Below, one piece after another: positions 35,499 to 44,531 of a stretch of DNA of 51,252 bases (position 1 is its first letter; each line of letters starts with the position of its first letter). Origin of the DNA: Bacteriovoracia bacterium (GTDB lineage: Bacteria; Bdellovibrionota; UBA1018; JBFWNL01); the NCBI GenBank assembly GCA_050251055.1, contig JBFWNL010000015.1, positions 1 through 51,252 on the forward strand, read 5' to 3'. A model generated the notes under the pieces. The model was given only the letters and a program-made list of their open reading frames with translations, did no database searches and was not told the origin of the DNA. The translations under genes were made by a program, and so were the position numbers.

Positions 35499-36866
35499 AT
35501 GGGGAATACGCTCGCGAACTTAGCCGGTCTGCTATTCTTTTTTCAAGGGGGGGATCCCGCATTGGTCAAACAACTGACGCTCCCGAACGGACTGCCGATG
35601 TCCCACTATCAGCTCGAAAACGGGCTGAAAGTCTACGTCGTGGAAAATCACGCGGCGCCGGTGTTCACATACCAGGCTTGGGTGGACGTTGGATCCGGCG
35701 ACGAGAAACTCGACGAGAAGCTCAACGCCACGGGGCTGGCGCACCTCTTTGAGCACATGATGTTCCGGGGAACCCCGAAGTATCCCGACGGCGAATTTGA
35801 CGACGTGCTCACGCGCAATGGCGTGCACGACGAGAACGCGACGACGTGGTTTGATCGCACCAACTACTATGAGAGCATGCCGGCCGATAAGCTCGATCTC
35901 GTGATGGAGCTCGAGGCGGATCGCTTGGTGAACCTCGTCGTGGATGAAGATCTGCTGACGACGGAAAAAGGCGCGGTCGTGGGCGAGCTACGCATGGGAC
36001 TCGACGACCCGGACACGGTCGGGCATGACGCGCTTTACGCCGCGGCTTTCACGGCCCATCCGTACCGTTATTCCACGATCGGAACCGAACCCGAGGTGAC
36101 TGGATTCACGGTCGAGCAGTCCAATTATTTCTATAAAAAATATTATCAGCCTCAGAACGTGACTTTGTTGCTCGTCGGGGATCTGGATCCGGAAAAGGTC
36201 GCCGCGTCCGCCCGGAAGTTTTACGGCGATATCAAGTCGGAGCCGGTGAAGAAACCGATTCGCCCGTCGGAGCCGGCCCAGGCGGCCGAACGGAAAGCGA
36301 CGATCGAGCACGCGCAGCTCATCGAGCGCAAGGTTTTCCTGGGCTATCATACGCCGGCGGCCGCCCATGCCGACATTCCGGCCCTTTGGGTCGCGGAGGC
36401 GATGCTGACCACCGGACAGGGCTCGCTTTTGCAGCAAGCTTGGGTGAACGACGGTATCGCGAGCCAGATGTCCGGTACGCTCGATCTCTTCCGGGATCCG
36501 GGGCTCTTGACGTTAGGCGCGGATTTGCAAAGCGGTAAGACCGCGGCCCACCTCGCGGCCAGTCTGGAAGCGGTGCTCGTGAAGATTCAGGACAAGAGTT
36601 TTCCGCTTTCCGCGCAAGTGACGCGCGCGCGAAATCAGCTCCTGCTGGCGATCTATGAGCAGTGGGATGAAAACGCCGCGCTGGCGAATTTCATGGGCGA
36701 GTTCATCGCTACTTCAGGTGATCCCGTAAAGGCGTTCGACCTTGCCGCCGCCGTGAGTCGGGTGACCCCCGCCGAAGTGGTACGAGTAGTGGGCCAATAC
36801 CTCGTTCCCACGAACCGTACGGTGATCGAGATGACCCCGAAAGCGGATCTACTGGGTGGTAAATGA
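35499..36866 (+). CDS. M16 (pitrilysin-like) zinc protease, catalytic subunit
   Basis: LENGLKV, TGLAHLFEHMMFRGT (HxxEH), NATTWFDRTNY, EKGAVVGE. Start ATG 35499 after GAGGGG. Confidence 0.92.
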   Translation: MGNTLANLAGLLFFFQGGDPALVKQLTLPNGLPMSHYQLENGLKVYVVENHAAPVFTYQAWVDVGSGDEKLDEKLNATGLAHLFEHMMFRGTPKYPDGEFDDVLTRNGVHDENATTWFDRTNYYESMPADKLDLVMELEADRLVNLVVDEDLLTTEKGAVVGELRMGLDDPDTVGHDALYAAAFTAHPYRYSTIGTEPEVTGFTVEQSNYFYKKYYQPQNVTLLLVGDLDPEKVAASARKFYGDIKSEPVKKPIRPSEPAQAAERKATIEHAQLIERKVFLGYHTPAAAHADIPALWVAEAMLTTGQGSLLQQAWVNDGIASQMSGTLDLFRDPGLLTLGADLQSGKTAAHLAASLEAVLVKIQDKSFPLSAQVTRARNQLLLAIYEQWDENAALANFMGEFIATSGDPVKAFDLAAAVSRVTPAEVVRVVGQYLVPTNRTVIEMTPKADLLGGK

Positions 36867-38272
36867 GAAAGATCTTCGGCGTAGCCGTTTTATGGGTGGC
36901 AGCGGGCTGCATGGGCGGCGATCACACGGGAGCAGGCATCATGAAATCAGGTTCTTCGAAAGAGTTACCGAACTCCGTCGATGAGGCGGGCTGGACTTTC
37001 GTCACCGAGCGTGATCCGTCCGGGCAGCTGGTGCATTTGCGCGTAGTCGTGCGCTCCGGTAGGGTTTCCGATCCCGCGAATGCGCCGGGCCTGGCACATT
37101 TCACCGCCCGCGCCCTCCTAAGAGGCACGCGCGCGCGCGCTTACGCGGAATTGAACGAATCGATTGAAAGCTTGGGGGCGACGCTGCAGGTGGTGACCGA
37201 CCAGAGCGAGACCTTCCTTTCGGCGACCGTCTTGCGGGAAAATCTCGCGCCTTTCCTCGGAATTCTCGAGGAAATCCTGACTCAGCCGGCGTTCGATCCC
37301 GCCGAGATGGAAAAGTTGCGGGGCATCGTCCAGGGCGAGCTCAAGGCGGATCTGCAGACCCCGCGCGTCCTCGCCGCCCGCGCGCTCATGGGGATGATGT
37401 ATAAAGATACGCCGCTGGCCCTGCCGGCGGAAGGCTCCGTCGAGTCCGTGTCCCGCATCACCGTGCCCCAAGTCGAGGAATTTTTTCGGGCGAAATACGT
37501 GCGTGAGAATATGGTGGTGGCGATCTCCACGGCGATGGATGCGAAAGATCTCGCGTCGGCTTGGTCCGCGGCGTTTCGTCGCGTGCCGCACGGTCGGCTC
37601 GACGCCCCCGCGTTGCCCGCGCCTGTCTTGACGGGACGTCGCGCGATCGTGGTCGATCGCAAGGGCATGGGCACTTCGCCTCTCTTCATCGCCGCTCCGG
37701 GAGTTCGTGACGGGGACGCCGATCGACCCGCGCTTGAGCTCGCGAACTTCGTGTTCGGATCGGATTTCACTTCGCGGTTGGTCCAGGTTCTTCGCGTGGA
37801 GAACGGCTGGACTTACGGCGCCTACAGTGGCTTCGAGCAGCTGATTGGGCCGAAACGGGACGCGGGACTGTTCTCGCTCTATACCTATCCCGCGGCCGAG
37901 CACTTCGCGAAGGCCGCGCCGAAAGCGCTTGAGCTGCTGCAGACGTATGTGGACGAGGGTGTCACCGACGATGAGTTTAAAGATGCCCGGGACTCCCTTT
38001 CTAATAGTTATCCGTTCGAGACCGACACGGTCGAGAAGCGGCTGACCCTGAAGTTGCGCGCGCAGCTAACGGACCGGTCGTACGTGGATTTGGCGCAGTA
38101 TCGCAAGCTCCTCGCCGGCTTGACGAAGACCCAGGTAAATGCGCTCGTGGGCGAAAGAACGAAGTTGGACCACCTCGGGATCGTCGCGGTGGGCGAAGCC
38201 TCGGCGCTCGTGCCGGTGCTCTCCGCCCTGCCTGGCGTCGTCTCCGTGGATGTGGTGGACGTGAAACCATGA
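36863..38272 (+). CDS. M16 protease, non-catalytic partner subunit
   Basis: PGLAHFTARALLRGT lacks HxxEH; FTSRLVQVLRVENGWTYG supplies the R/Y pair; possible lipobox VAAGC; ATGA overlap with the preceding gene. Confidence 0.88.
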   Translation: MRKIFGVAVLWVAAGCMGGDHTGAGIMKSGSSKELPNSVDEAGWTFVTERDPSGQLVHLRVVVRSGRVSDPANAPGLAHFTARALLRGTRARAYAELNESIESLGATLQVVTDQSETFLSATVLRENLAPFLGILEEILTQPAFDPAEMEKLRGIVQGELKADLQTPRVLAARALMGMMYKDTPLALPAEGSVESVSRITVPQVEEFFRAKYVRENMVVAISTAMDAKDLASAWSAAFRRVPHGRLDAPALPAPVLTGRRAIVVDRKGMGTSPLFIAAPGVRDGDADRPALELANFVFGSDFTSRLVQVLRVENGWTYGAYSGFEQLIGPKRDAGLFSLYTYPAAEHFAKAAPKALELLQTYVDEGVTDDEFKDARDSLSNSYPFETDTVEKRLTLKLRAQLTDRSYVDLAQYRKLLAGLTKTQVNALVGERTKLDHLGIVAVGEASALVPVLSALPGVVSVDVVDVKP

Positions 38273-39450
38273 AACAAGAACTCTATTTTCTTTCCGGAAA
38301 ACGCACGGCCTTTGGCGCAAACGGAGGGACCCTGCGGGATGTGAACCCAACCGAGATCGGTATTTCGGCTTCGCGCGCCGCGCTCGAGCAGGCGAAGGTC
38401 AAGCCGGAGCAGGTGGATCACGTGATTTTCGGCAACGTGCTTTATTCGGCCCGGGATAGCATCTACACCCCCCGGCACGTGGGCCTCAAAGTAGGCGTTC
38501 CCAAGGAAGTGCCTTCGCTCGGGGTGAACCGCCTGTGCGGTTCGGGCTTTCAAGTCATCGTCGAGGCCCTGCATCAGATGCTCGCCGGAGATACCAAGCT
38601 CGCCCTCGTGGGCGGCGTCGAGAACATGAGCATGGCGCCCTACGTTCTGAAGAAGTCGCGCTGGGGTGAGCGCCTGGGGCATTCCGAAGTTTGCGACATG
38701 CTCACGGAAAGCTTGGTCGACACTTATGGCAATACGCCGATGGCGATCACGGCCGAAAACCTGGCCCAAAATTACAAAATCTCACGCGAGGAGTCCGACC
38801 GCTTCGCCCTGCGCAGCCAGACGCGCGCGCGCGCGGGCCGCGAAGCCAAGCGCTTTGACGAAGAAATCGCGCCCGTGATGGTGCCCGATAGGAAAGGCGC
38901 GCCCATCGCTTTTTCGCAGGACGAGCATCTGCGCCCAGATACGACGATGGAAAGCCTAGGTAAACTCAAACCCGTCTTCAAGAAGGACGGCGTGGTGACG
39001 GCGGGTAACGCGAGCGGCATTGTGGATGGAGCCGCCGCCATGGTGGTCGGCACCGAGGCCGAAGCGAAATCGCGTCAGCCCTTGGGCCGCCTGGTTTCCT
39101 ACGGCATCGTCGGCTGCGATCCGATGGTGATGGGCATCGGCCCTGCACCGGCTTCCCGCCAGGCGCTTCAGCGCGCCGGCATGAGTTTGGGACAGATGGA
39201 TCTGGTGGAGGTGAACGAGGCGTTCGCCCCCCAGGCGTTAGCCGTGCAGAAAGAACTGGGCATTCCGGAGGAGATCTTCAATGTGAACGGCGGCGCGATC
39301 GCCATCGGGCATCCGCTCGGCGCGAGTGGGACTCGACTCACGATGCACGCGCTTTACGAATTGCGGCGCCGCAAGAAGAAGTACGCCTTGGTGACCGCCT
39401 GCATTGGGGGCGGGCAAGGAATTGCGCTGGTGATCGAAGCTTTTTCATGA
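38269..39450 (+). CDS. Acetyl-CoA C-acyltransferase (thiolase)
   Basis: VNRLCGSG, TAGNASG, EVNEAFA, GHPLGASG, CIGGGQG. Confidence 0.96.
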   Translation: MKQELYFLSGKRTAFGANGGTLRDVNPTEIGISASRAALEQAKVKPEQVDHVIFGNVLYSARDSIYTPRHVGLKVGVPKEVPSLGVNRLCGSGFQVIVEALHQMLAGDTKLALVGGVENMSMAPYVLKKSRWGERLGHSEVCDMLTESLVDTYGNTPMAITAENLAQNYKISREESDRFALRSQTRARAGREAKRFDEEIAPVMVPDRKGAPIAFSQDEHLRPDTTMESLGKLKPVFKKDGVVTAGNASGIVDGAAAMVVGTEAEAKSRQPLGRLVSYGIVGCDPMVMGIGPAPASRQALQRAGMSLGQMDLVEVNEAFAPQALAVQKELGIPEEIFNVNGGAIAIGHPLGASGTRLTMHALYELRRRKKKYALVTACIGGGQGIALVIEAFS

Positions 39451-39480
39451 TTTCATAGTCAGGTAAGGCACGGAGGCTCC

Positions 39481-39801
39481 ATGGCGAACGCGCATTCATT
39501 TGAATTCGAATTCTTAGGGCAAAAGATTCAGCTGAAGTCCGAAGGCGACCCGGAAATGATCCGGGAGGTAACGGATCTGGCGGCGATGAAGCTTCGGGAT
39601 GCCAACGTGCGCAGCAAGGGTGCGGCCGCCCACAAGGTAGCGCTGGTGGCCTTGCTGGATCTGGCCGAAGAGTACGTGCGCGCCAAGCGCAAGGCGACCG
39701 ATCACCGCGCGGAAGTGACCGAAAAGTCCAAGAAACTCTTGAGCGCGATCGAGTCCTCTTTATCTAGCTCCGCGTCCGGCGCGGCCAAGAGCTCGACCTA
39801 G
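39481..39801 (+). CDS. zapA: Cell division protein ZapA
   Basis: FEFLGQKIQLKS...KVALVALLDLAEEY; conserved position upstream of ygfA. Confidence 0.8.
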   Translation: MANAHSFEFEFLGQKIQLKSEGDPEMIREVTDLAAMKLRDANVRSKGAAAHKVALVALLDLAEEYVRAKRKATDHRAEVTEKSKKLLSAIESSLSSSASGAAKSST

Positions 39802-39824
39802 ATTCGGCGTGACGGAGACCCCCG

Positions 39825-40517
39825 GTGGCCAAGCAAGTCTCCCGTCGTTCCCGCACCGTTAAATCCAAAGCCAAGTCGAAGGCCTCTCCAAAGTCGAAAG
39901 CTACGAAGCCCGTTTTCACCGGCCCGCGTGCAGTCCTGCTCGCCCGCCGTGCCGAGCTCACCCCCGAATGGGTCGCCGATAAATCTTGGCAAGCGTGCGA
40001 GCGCGTGCGCAAGGTGCTCGCGAAGTTCTGGCCCGAACTGACCGTCGCCACCTTTCGGCCTATGGCGCAGGAGGCTCAGGTTGGCCTACTCGATCCGTGG
40101 TTCCGTTCTGCGCACGCCCGTCTCTGCTTCCCGCGCCTGATCGACCACAAGGGCAACATGCAGCTCGCCGAAGTGAAGTCCGATTCGCATTGGCGTTTCA
40201 ATTCCTACGGCATCCAAGAACCCTCCACCGCCGCCGAAGTGGTTTCTCCGAAGCAAGTAGACGTGATTTTGGTTCCCTGTGTGGGCGTGACCGCGAAGGG
40301 GCATCGGGTGGGGATGGGCAAGGGGTATTACGATCGCTTGCTAAAAAACATGCCGGAAGCCTTGAAGATCGTGGTCGCTTTCGATTTCCAGGTGGTGAGT
40401 AAGCTTCCCCAGGCCAAGTGGGACCAGGCGGTGGACTGGGTGATCACGGAACGGCGCGAGATCCGCACCCCGCGCGTCGGAGCCTGGCTGAAACGGCGGC
40501 GCCTCTCCCTCGGCTGA
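39825..40517 (+). CDS. ygfA: 5-formyltetrahydrofolate cyclo-ligase (with basic N-terminal extension)
   Basis: YGIQEP, DVILVP, GHRVGMGKGYYDRLL, WDQAVDWVITE. Confidence 0.9.
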   Translation: MAKQVSRRSRTVKSKAKSKASPKSKATKPVFTGPRAVLLARRAELTPEWVADKSWQACERVRKVLAKFWPELTVATFRPMAQEAQVGLLDPWFRSAHARLCFPRLIDHKGNMQLAEVKSDSHWRFNSYGIQEPSTAAEVVSPKQVDVILVPCVGVTAKGHRVGMGKGYYDRLLKNMPEALKIVVAFDFQVVSKLPQAKWDQAVDWVITERREIRTPRVGAWLKRRRLSLG

Positions 40518-40590
40518 CACCCCGATTTGCCTCGGACCTGTCCGCTGTGTTACTCCTGCGCTTGCCCTTCGGGCTTAGAAAGCAGTTTCT

Positions 40591-41397
40591 TTGAAAGTTC
40601 TCTTTTTTGGCGATGTATTTGGCAGCCCGGGGCGACGGGCCGTGGCTACCGTCCTTCCGCGCTTGGTTGCCGCGCACGGGATTGATTTCGTAGTCATCAA
40701 TGGAGAAAACGCCGCCCACGGCCGCGGCATCACCCCTCAGATCGCCGACGAGTTCTTCGCCTTGGGCGCCGATGTCATTACCACCGGCAATCATGCGTGG
40801 GACCAGCGCGAGATTATTCCGTACATTGAGAGGGAGCCGCGCCTCCTAAGGCCTTTGAACTTCCCGGGCACGCCAGAGAATCCGAGCCCGGGCCGTGGCG
40901 TCGCCATCGTGAGTTCGAAGAAAAACCCCGCCTTCAGGCTTGCGGTTTTGCACGTGATCGGCCGCGTGCACATGGAACCCGCCGACTGTCCCTTTCGCGC
41001 CGCCGACACCGAGATCGCGAAGCTCGAGCTGGAAGGTATCCGCAATATCTTCGTCGATTTTCATGGGGACGCGACTTCCGAAAAGCAGGCGTTCGCGTTT
41101 CACGTCGATGGGCGGGTAGCGGCCGTGGTGGGGAGTCATTCCCACGTTCAAACCGCCGACGAGCGCGTGCTCGCGAACGGCACCGCGGCCATCACCGACG
41201 TCGGCATGTGCGGCTGCTTTGATTCGGTGATCGGCGTGAAGAAAGAGATTTCGATTCAGAAGTTCGTGACCAAGCGACCGGTGAAGTTCGAACCCGCCGA
41301 AGGTCCGGGGGGGTATGGCGCGGTAGTGGTGGATATTGATGAGCAGCGTGGTCGGGCGCGGTCGATCTTACGCTTACGGGAAGTCGTCGTTACCTAA
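40591..41397 (+). CDS. ymdB: YmdB/TIGR00282 metallophosphoesterase
   Basis: FGDVFG.PG, NGENAAHGRGIT, TTGNHAWD, VDFHGDATSEK, GSHSHVQTAD, TDVGMCG; TTG start. Confidence 0.93.
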   Translation: MKVLFFGDVFGSPGRRAVATVLPRLVAAHGIDFVVINGENAAHGRGITPQIADEFFALGADVITTGNHAWDQREIIPYIEREPRLLRPLNFPGTPENPSPGRGVAIVSSKKNPAFRLAVLHVIGRVHMEPADCPFRAADTEIAKLELEGIRNIFVDFHGDATSEKQAFAFHVDGRVAAVVGSHSHVQTADERVLANGTAAITDVGMCGCFDSVIGVKKEISIQKFVTKRPVKFEPAEGPGGYGAVVVDIDEQRGRARSILRLREVVVT

Positions 41398-41416
41398 CAC
41401 TTACTAAAGTAGCGCA

Positions 41417-41482
41417 TATTAGGGCGGGATCCATCGGCCGGTTGCGTCCCGTTATTTTCGGACAACGAACCCCGCCCCAATA
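41417..41482. terminator. Inverted repeat between convergent genes (likely terminator)
   Basis: TATTAGGGCGGG...CCCGCCCCAATA with an internal GTTG.GTCC/GGACAAC pairing. Confidence 0.45.
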
Positions 41483-41495
41483 GTCGTGGTAAAAC

Positions 41496-41927
41496 CTATT
41501 TGCAGCTACGTGAGCTGATGAGCTGATCGTCCGTATCGCAGGTTTGGATTCGGCAGCCGCTCATGCGGCTGTAGTAGCAGCGATCCAACGCTTCCTGACG
41601 GGCATCGGAGCCCGAACGACGCGAGTTCGCTTCGAACGTTTGCGTGATGCCACGGACGTCTTGGCCTTCAGCAATACAACGGTACGAAGTCACATAGCAT
41701 CGCTCGATGCATCCGCCGTGTTTTGCTAGGCAATCACCACAGTTGGAATGTCCCCCGAAGTGCTCCTCCCAGCCTTTGTCGGAGGCGCTACAGTGGGCAT
41801 GGCCAAAGCCGCCGCCAGGGCCGGGGCCGGGAGCGGGGCTGGATCCGCCTCCGCCACCCATGGCGAAAGCCGATTGGGCGGACATCACCAAAGCCAAAGC
41901 TAAGAACATTGATTTGAACGTTTTCAT
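41496..41927 (-). CDS. Secreted Cys-rich small protein
   Basis: ATG 41927 after GAGGGG; signal peptide ...AQSAFA; Gly/Pro linker; 10 Cys in the mature part. Confidence 0.78.
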   Translation of the reverse strand: MKTFKSMFLALALVMSAQSAFAMGGGGGSSPAPGPGPGGGFGHAHCSASDKGWEEHFGGHSNCGDCLAKHGGCIERCYVTSYRCIAEGQDVRGITQTFEANSRRSGSDARQEALDRCYYSRMSGCRIQTCDTDDQLISSRSCK

Positions 41928-42035
41928 GTTTCTTCCCCTCATTTAAAAATCCGCGGACTGGGCATCCCGCCCAAGCCGCGTGTGGTTTCACTCGCATTTA
42001 GATCCAATCCCCCGGATCGTAGTAGGCAGCACATG

Positions 42036-42051
42036 AGCAAGCCGCGTACCA
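42036..42051 (-). promoter_or_regulatory. Sigma54 (-24/-12) promoter
   Basis: TGGTAC-GCGGC-TTGCT on the minus strand with exact GG-N10-GC spacing, about 110 nt upstream of the Cys-rich gene. Confidence 0.7.
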
Positions 42052-42135
42052 GGCGGGGAGGCGTTTTAGGTGATTTCGGGATGGAATCGCGGTGTCGAAC
42101 TGGCGTTGGTATCAGATTGTGACTATGATTGAAGG

Positions 42136-42861
42136 ATGCTGCAACGCACGCGGTTAAAGCTATATACGGACTTTAGCCAGTATATTTCCAAAGAGAATCA
42201 GAGGGAGCGCGGCGTCGTCACTCGTCGCATCTGGGGCGTGTTTGTCTGGTGCTTTCTGGTTCCGATCGGCGTATCGGTGCTCTTCTTGGTTTTTCTGCAT
42301 ACCGGGGCGTTGCCGCCGAAATTCAAGGCGTACTCGGATTGGGTGACGCTGCTTTCACCGCTCGTGTACTCCGCCTACTTTTTCGGTTCCGAGTTTCTCA
42401 AGAACCTGCCGTCCGCTTTGCTCGCTGGCGGCGTGGAGACGACGTTGCATCATCAACTGAAGCTCAGCGAATGGCGTGACCAGACTTGCGAGACCTTGCG
42501 CGCGCAACTCGGAGGCAACCAACAGGACTGGCAGTGGCTCGCCCAAACCTTCCGTATGGATTTACGCGACCTGCTTTTTCGTATTCGCTACATGACGGCG
42601 CTTTCAGGCGTGGTTTTCTTCATTATTCTCTATGGGCTGGATTCCCTCGAGGACGGACCTTCCGTGAGCGATGGGCGCATGATTTTGCATGTGTTCGAGA
42701 CCCTAATGAATGCCGGTTCCCAAATTCTGCTGATCGGGTTGTTCCTGGTGCTGCTTTATTTTTCCGGTATTCAGATCCACCAGTCGCTATTGCGTTACCT
42801 GGACTGCGTGGAGTTGCTCGGGAAAGGTTATTTCGAAAAGCGGAAACGGGAAGACGACTGA
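42136..42861 (+). CDS. Hypothetical integral membrane protein (about 4 TM)
   Basis: Four hydrophobic segments separated by a soluble loop; no recognised motif. Confidence 0.72.
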   Translation: MLQRTRLKLYTDFSQYISKENQRERGVVTRRIWGVFVWCFLVPIGVSVLFLVFLHTGALPPKFKAYSDWVTLLSPLVYSAYFFGSEFLKNLPSALLAGGVETTLHHQLKLSEWRDQTCETLRAQLGGNQQDWQWLAQTFRMDLRDLLFRIRYMTALSGVVFFIILYGLDSLEDGPSVSDGRMILHVFETLMNAGSQILLIGLFLVLLYFSGIQIHQSLLRYLDCVELLGKGYFEKRKREDD

Positions 42862-42867
42862 TCTGTT

Positions 42868-43236
42868 TTAGTGTCCGCTGCCGCAGCTCTTCTGGCATCC
42901 ACCGGAAGCGCAGCCAGTATGGCAGGATCGCGCGCTCTCGAAGCGCCAGGCGCGGGGAATGCGGTTGATCGCGTGTAGCGCCTCGGCCAAAGTGGGGTAG
43001 CCGTGCGCCCCTAAGGTTACGCCTTCGGACACGTCCACCACGTAAGCCACGAAGCGATCGGTGCTCGCGCTGGTTTCATGCGCGGGATTTTCCGAGACGC
43101 CCCCCATCCACTGATCGTCAATGAGGAAGCCGTCGCGGTAATTTTCGGAAGTGAGGGATGTGGGTTGCACTCCTTCATTTATAGGCAGGCCAGGCGTCTC
43201 GTGCAAGCGGACGTGATTGACTAAAAATAACGCCAT
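42868..43236 (-). CDS. Hypothetical protein with C-terminal Cys/His cluster
   Basis: Fills the gap next to the tRNA; ends SCHTGCASGGCQKSCGSGH. Confidence 0.65.
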   Translation of the reverse strand: MALFLVNHVRLHETPGLPINEGVQPTSLTSENYRDGFLIDDQWMGGVSENPAHETSASTDRFVAYVVDVSEGVTLGAHGYPTLAEALHAINRIPRAWRFESARSCHTGCASGGCQKSCGSGH

Positions 43237-43368
43237 GAGTTAAGAAACGTTTACAATTTGCTAACAGCTGTTTGACGAATCGTAGCCTTTCGGTCGAACT
43301 GGAAATCGGTTAAACCCGGCGTCAGGAGAGAAGCGAATGGCGACGAAATCAATCTTGAAGTTGGAAAA

Positions 43369-43444
43369 TGGTGGAGCTGGTCGGAGTCGAACCGGCGACC
43401 CCCTGCTTGCAAAGCAGGTGCTCTACCAATTGAGCTACAGCCCC
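43369..43444 (-). tRNA. tRNA-Ala (TGC)
   Basis: GGGGCTGTAGCTCAATTGGTAGAGCACCTGCTT-TGC-AAGCAGGGGGTCGCCGGTTCGACTCCGACCAGCTCCACCA; 76 nt, G3:U70 pair, encoded CCA. Confidence 0.98.
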
Positions 43445-43471
43445 ACCGAATTAACGAATCCGTCATTCTTA

Positions 43472-43897
43472 ATGAAACTCCGTCGTTTTGGCAAGCACGC
43501 ATGCGGGGTTCTCGCGCTAGCGCTGATTTCTTGCCTTTCGGCCCCGGCGATGGACGACCCCACGCTTTCGGAAATCATGGGCGCCATGGGCAGCCGGCTC
43601 AAGGGGATTCAGCAACATGTCGCCGATCCCGCGCAAAACGAACTGACCGCATCGTTCGCGGAAGAGCTCTTGAAACTCGTGAATCAAAGCGTCGTGCTCG
43701 TCCCGTCTTCGCTCGACCGAGCGAGCAAAGACTACGCCGCGAATCTGCATCGATACCGTAAGCTGTCGATTCAATTACAACAGATTGTTAATGATTTGCA
43801 TTTGGCGTTGCTTGAAAACCGTAACGAAGACGCCGCGAAGCTGGTACAAGATATTATTGCCGCAAGGAAGGTGGGACATGGTGATTTCCGCAAATAA
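43472..43897 (+). CDS. Periplasmic cytochrome b562-like four-helix bundle
   Basis: Signal peptide, N-terminal LSEIMGAM (Met ligand), C-terminal RKVGHGDF (His ligand), all-helical. Start ATG 43472. Confidence 0.75.
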   Translation: MKLRRFGKHACGVLALALISCLSAPAMDDPTLSEIMGAMGSRLKGIQQHVADPAQNELTASFAEELLKLVNQSVVLVPSSLDRASKDYAANLHRYRKLSIQLQQIVNDLHLALLENRNEDAAKLVQDIIAARKVGHGDFRK

Positions 43898-43916
43898 GCA
43901 AAATTCAAAAAGGGTT

Positions 43917-44531
43917 ATGCCGATGTTGCTAGGCATGCTCGCGCTAGTCAGCTCAGCCGTGCCCGGCGCCTATGCGGCTCCGAAAACCCCGAATAAGGCG
44001 ACCACCGAAGCCCCGGCCGCGGCGGTCGCGAGCAAAAAATTCAAGTTGACCTTGGGAGAGCTCAAGTTCGTCGCTCCCGCGAGCGTGAAAGCGTTCAATG
44101 TCCACGGACAAGCGGAAGAACTCGAAGGCAGTCTTGAGCTCGCGGGCAACGAAGTGAAGCAACTTTTGGTGACGGTGAGTCCTGAAAAACTGACCACGAA
44201 GATGAGCATGCGCGACAAGCACATGCGCGAGCGTATCTTCGAAACCGGCGGGAAGTTTCCGACGATCCGCTTCACGGGCCAGGGCACCTGCACCGGTACG
44301 GACGTGTTGGAATGCCCGCTGAAGGGCAATATGTCGATTCGTGATGTCGAGGCTCCGTTCGAACTGGCCCTGAAAATCACCCCGGACGGTGACAAGCAGA
44401 AACTTTCCGGCAGCACGATCGTGAAGCTCTCTTCTTTTAAGATAGAAAAACCGTCGCAATTGGGGATCACGGTTGCCGACGAGGTGAACGTGAGTTTTGA
44501 CGTGGGGGCGGTGCAAGCGAGCGCCCCATGA
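43917..44531 (+). CDS. YceI-family polyisoprenoid/quinone-binding protein
   Basis: Signal peptide; LTTKMSMRDKHMR..IFE..KFPTIRF; GNMSIRDV; S.FKI..P...ITVADEV. Confidence 0.85.
   Translation: MPMLLGMLALVSSAVPGAYAAPKTPNKATTEAPAAAVASKKFKLTLGELKFVAPASVKAFNVHGQAEELEGSLELAGNEVKQLLVTVSPEKLTTKMSMRDKHMRERIFETGGKFPTIRFTGQGTCTGTDVLECPLKGNMSIRDVEAPFELALKITPDGDKQKLSGSTIVKLSSFKIEKPSQLGITVADEVNVSFDVGAVQASAP

Noticed and set aside
42868-43444. tRNA-anchored genomic island or prophage
   Set aside because: No integrase and no duplicated tRNA 3' end were found in the window.
43251-43502. 83-aa ORF and the 43337 upstream start of the b562 ORF
   Set aside because: Both run through the tRNA-Ala gene.
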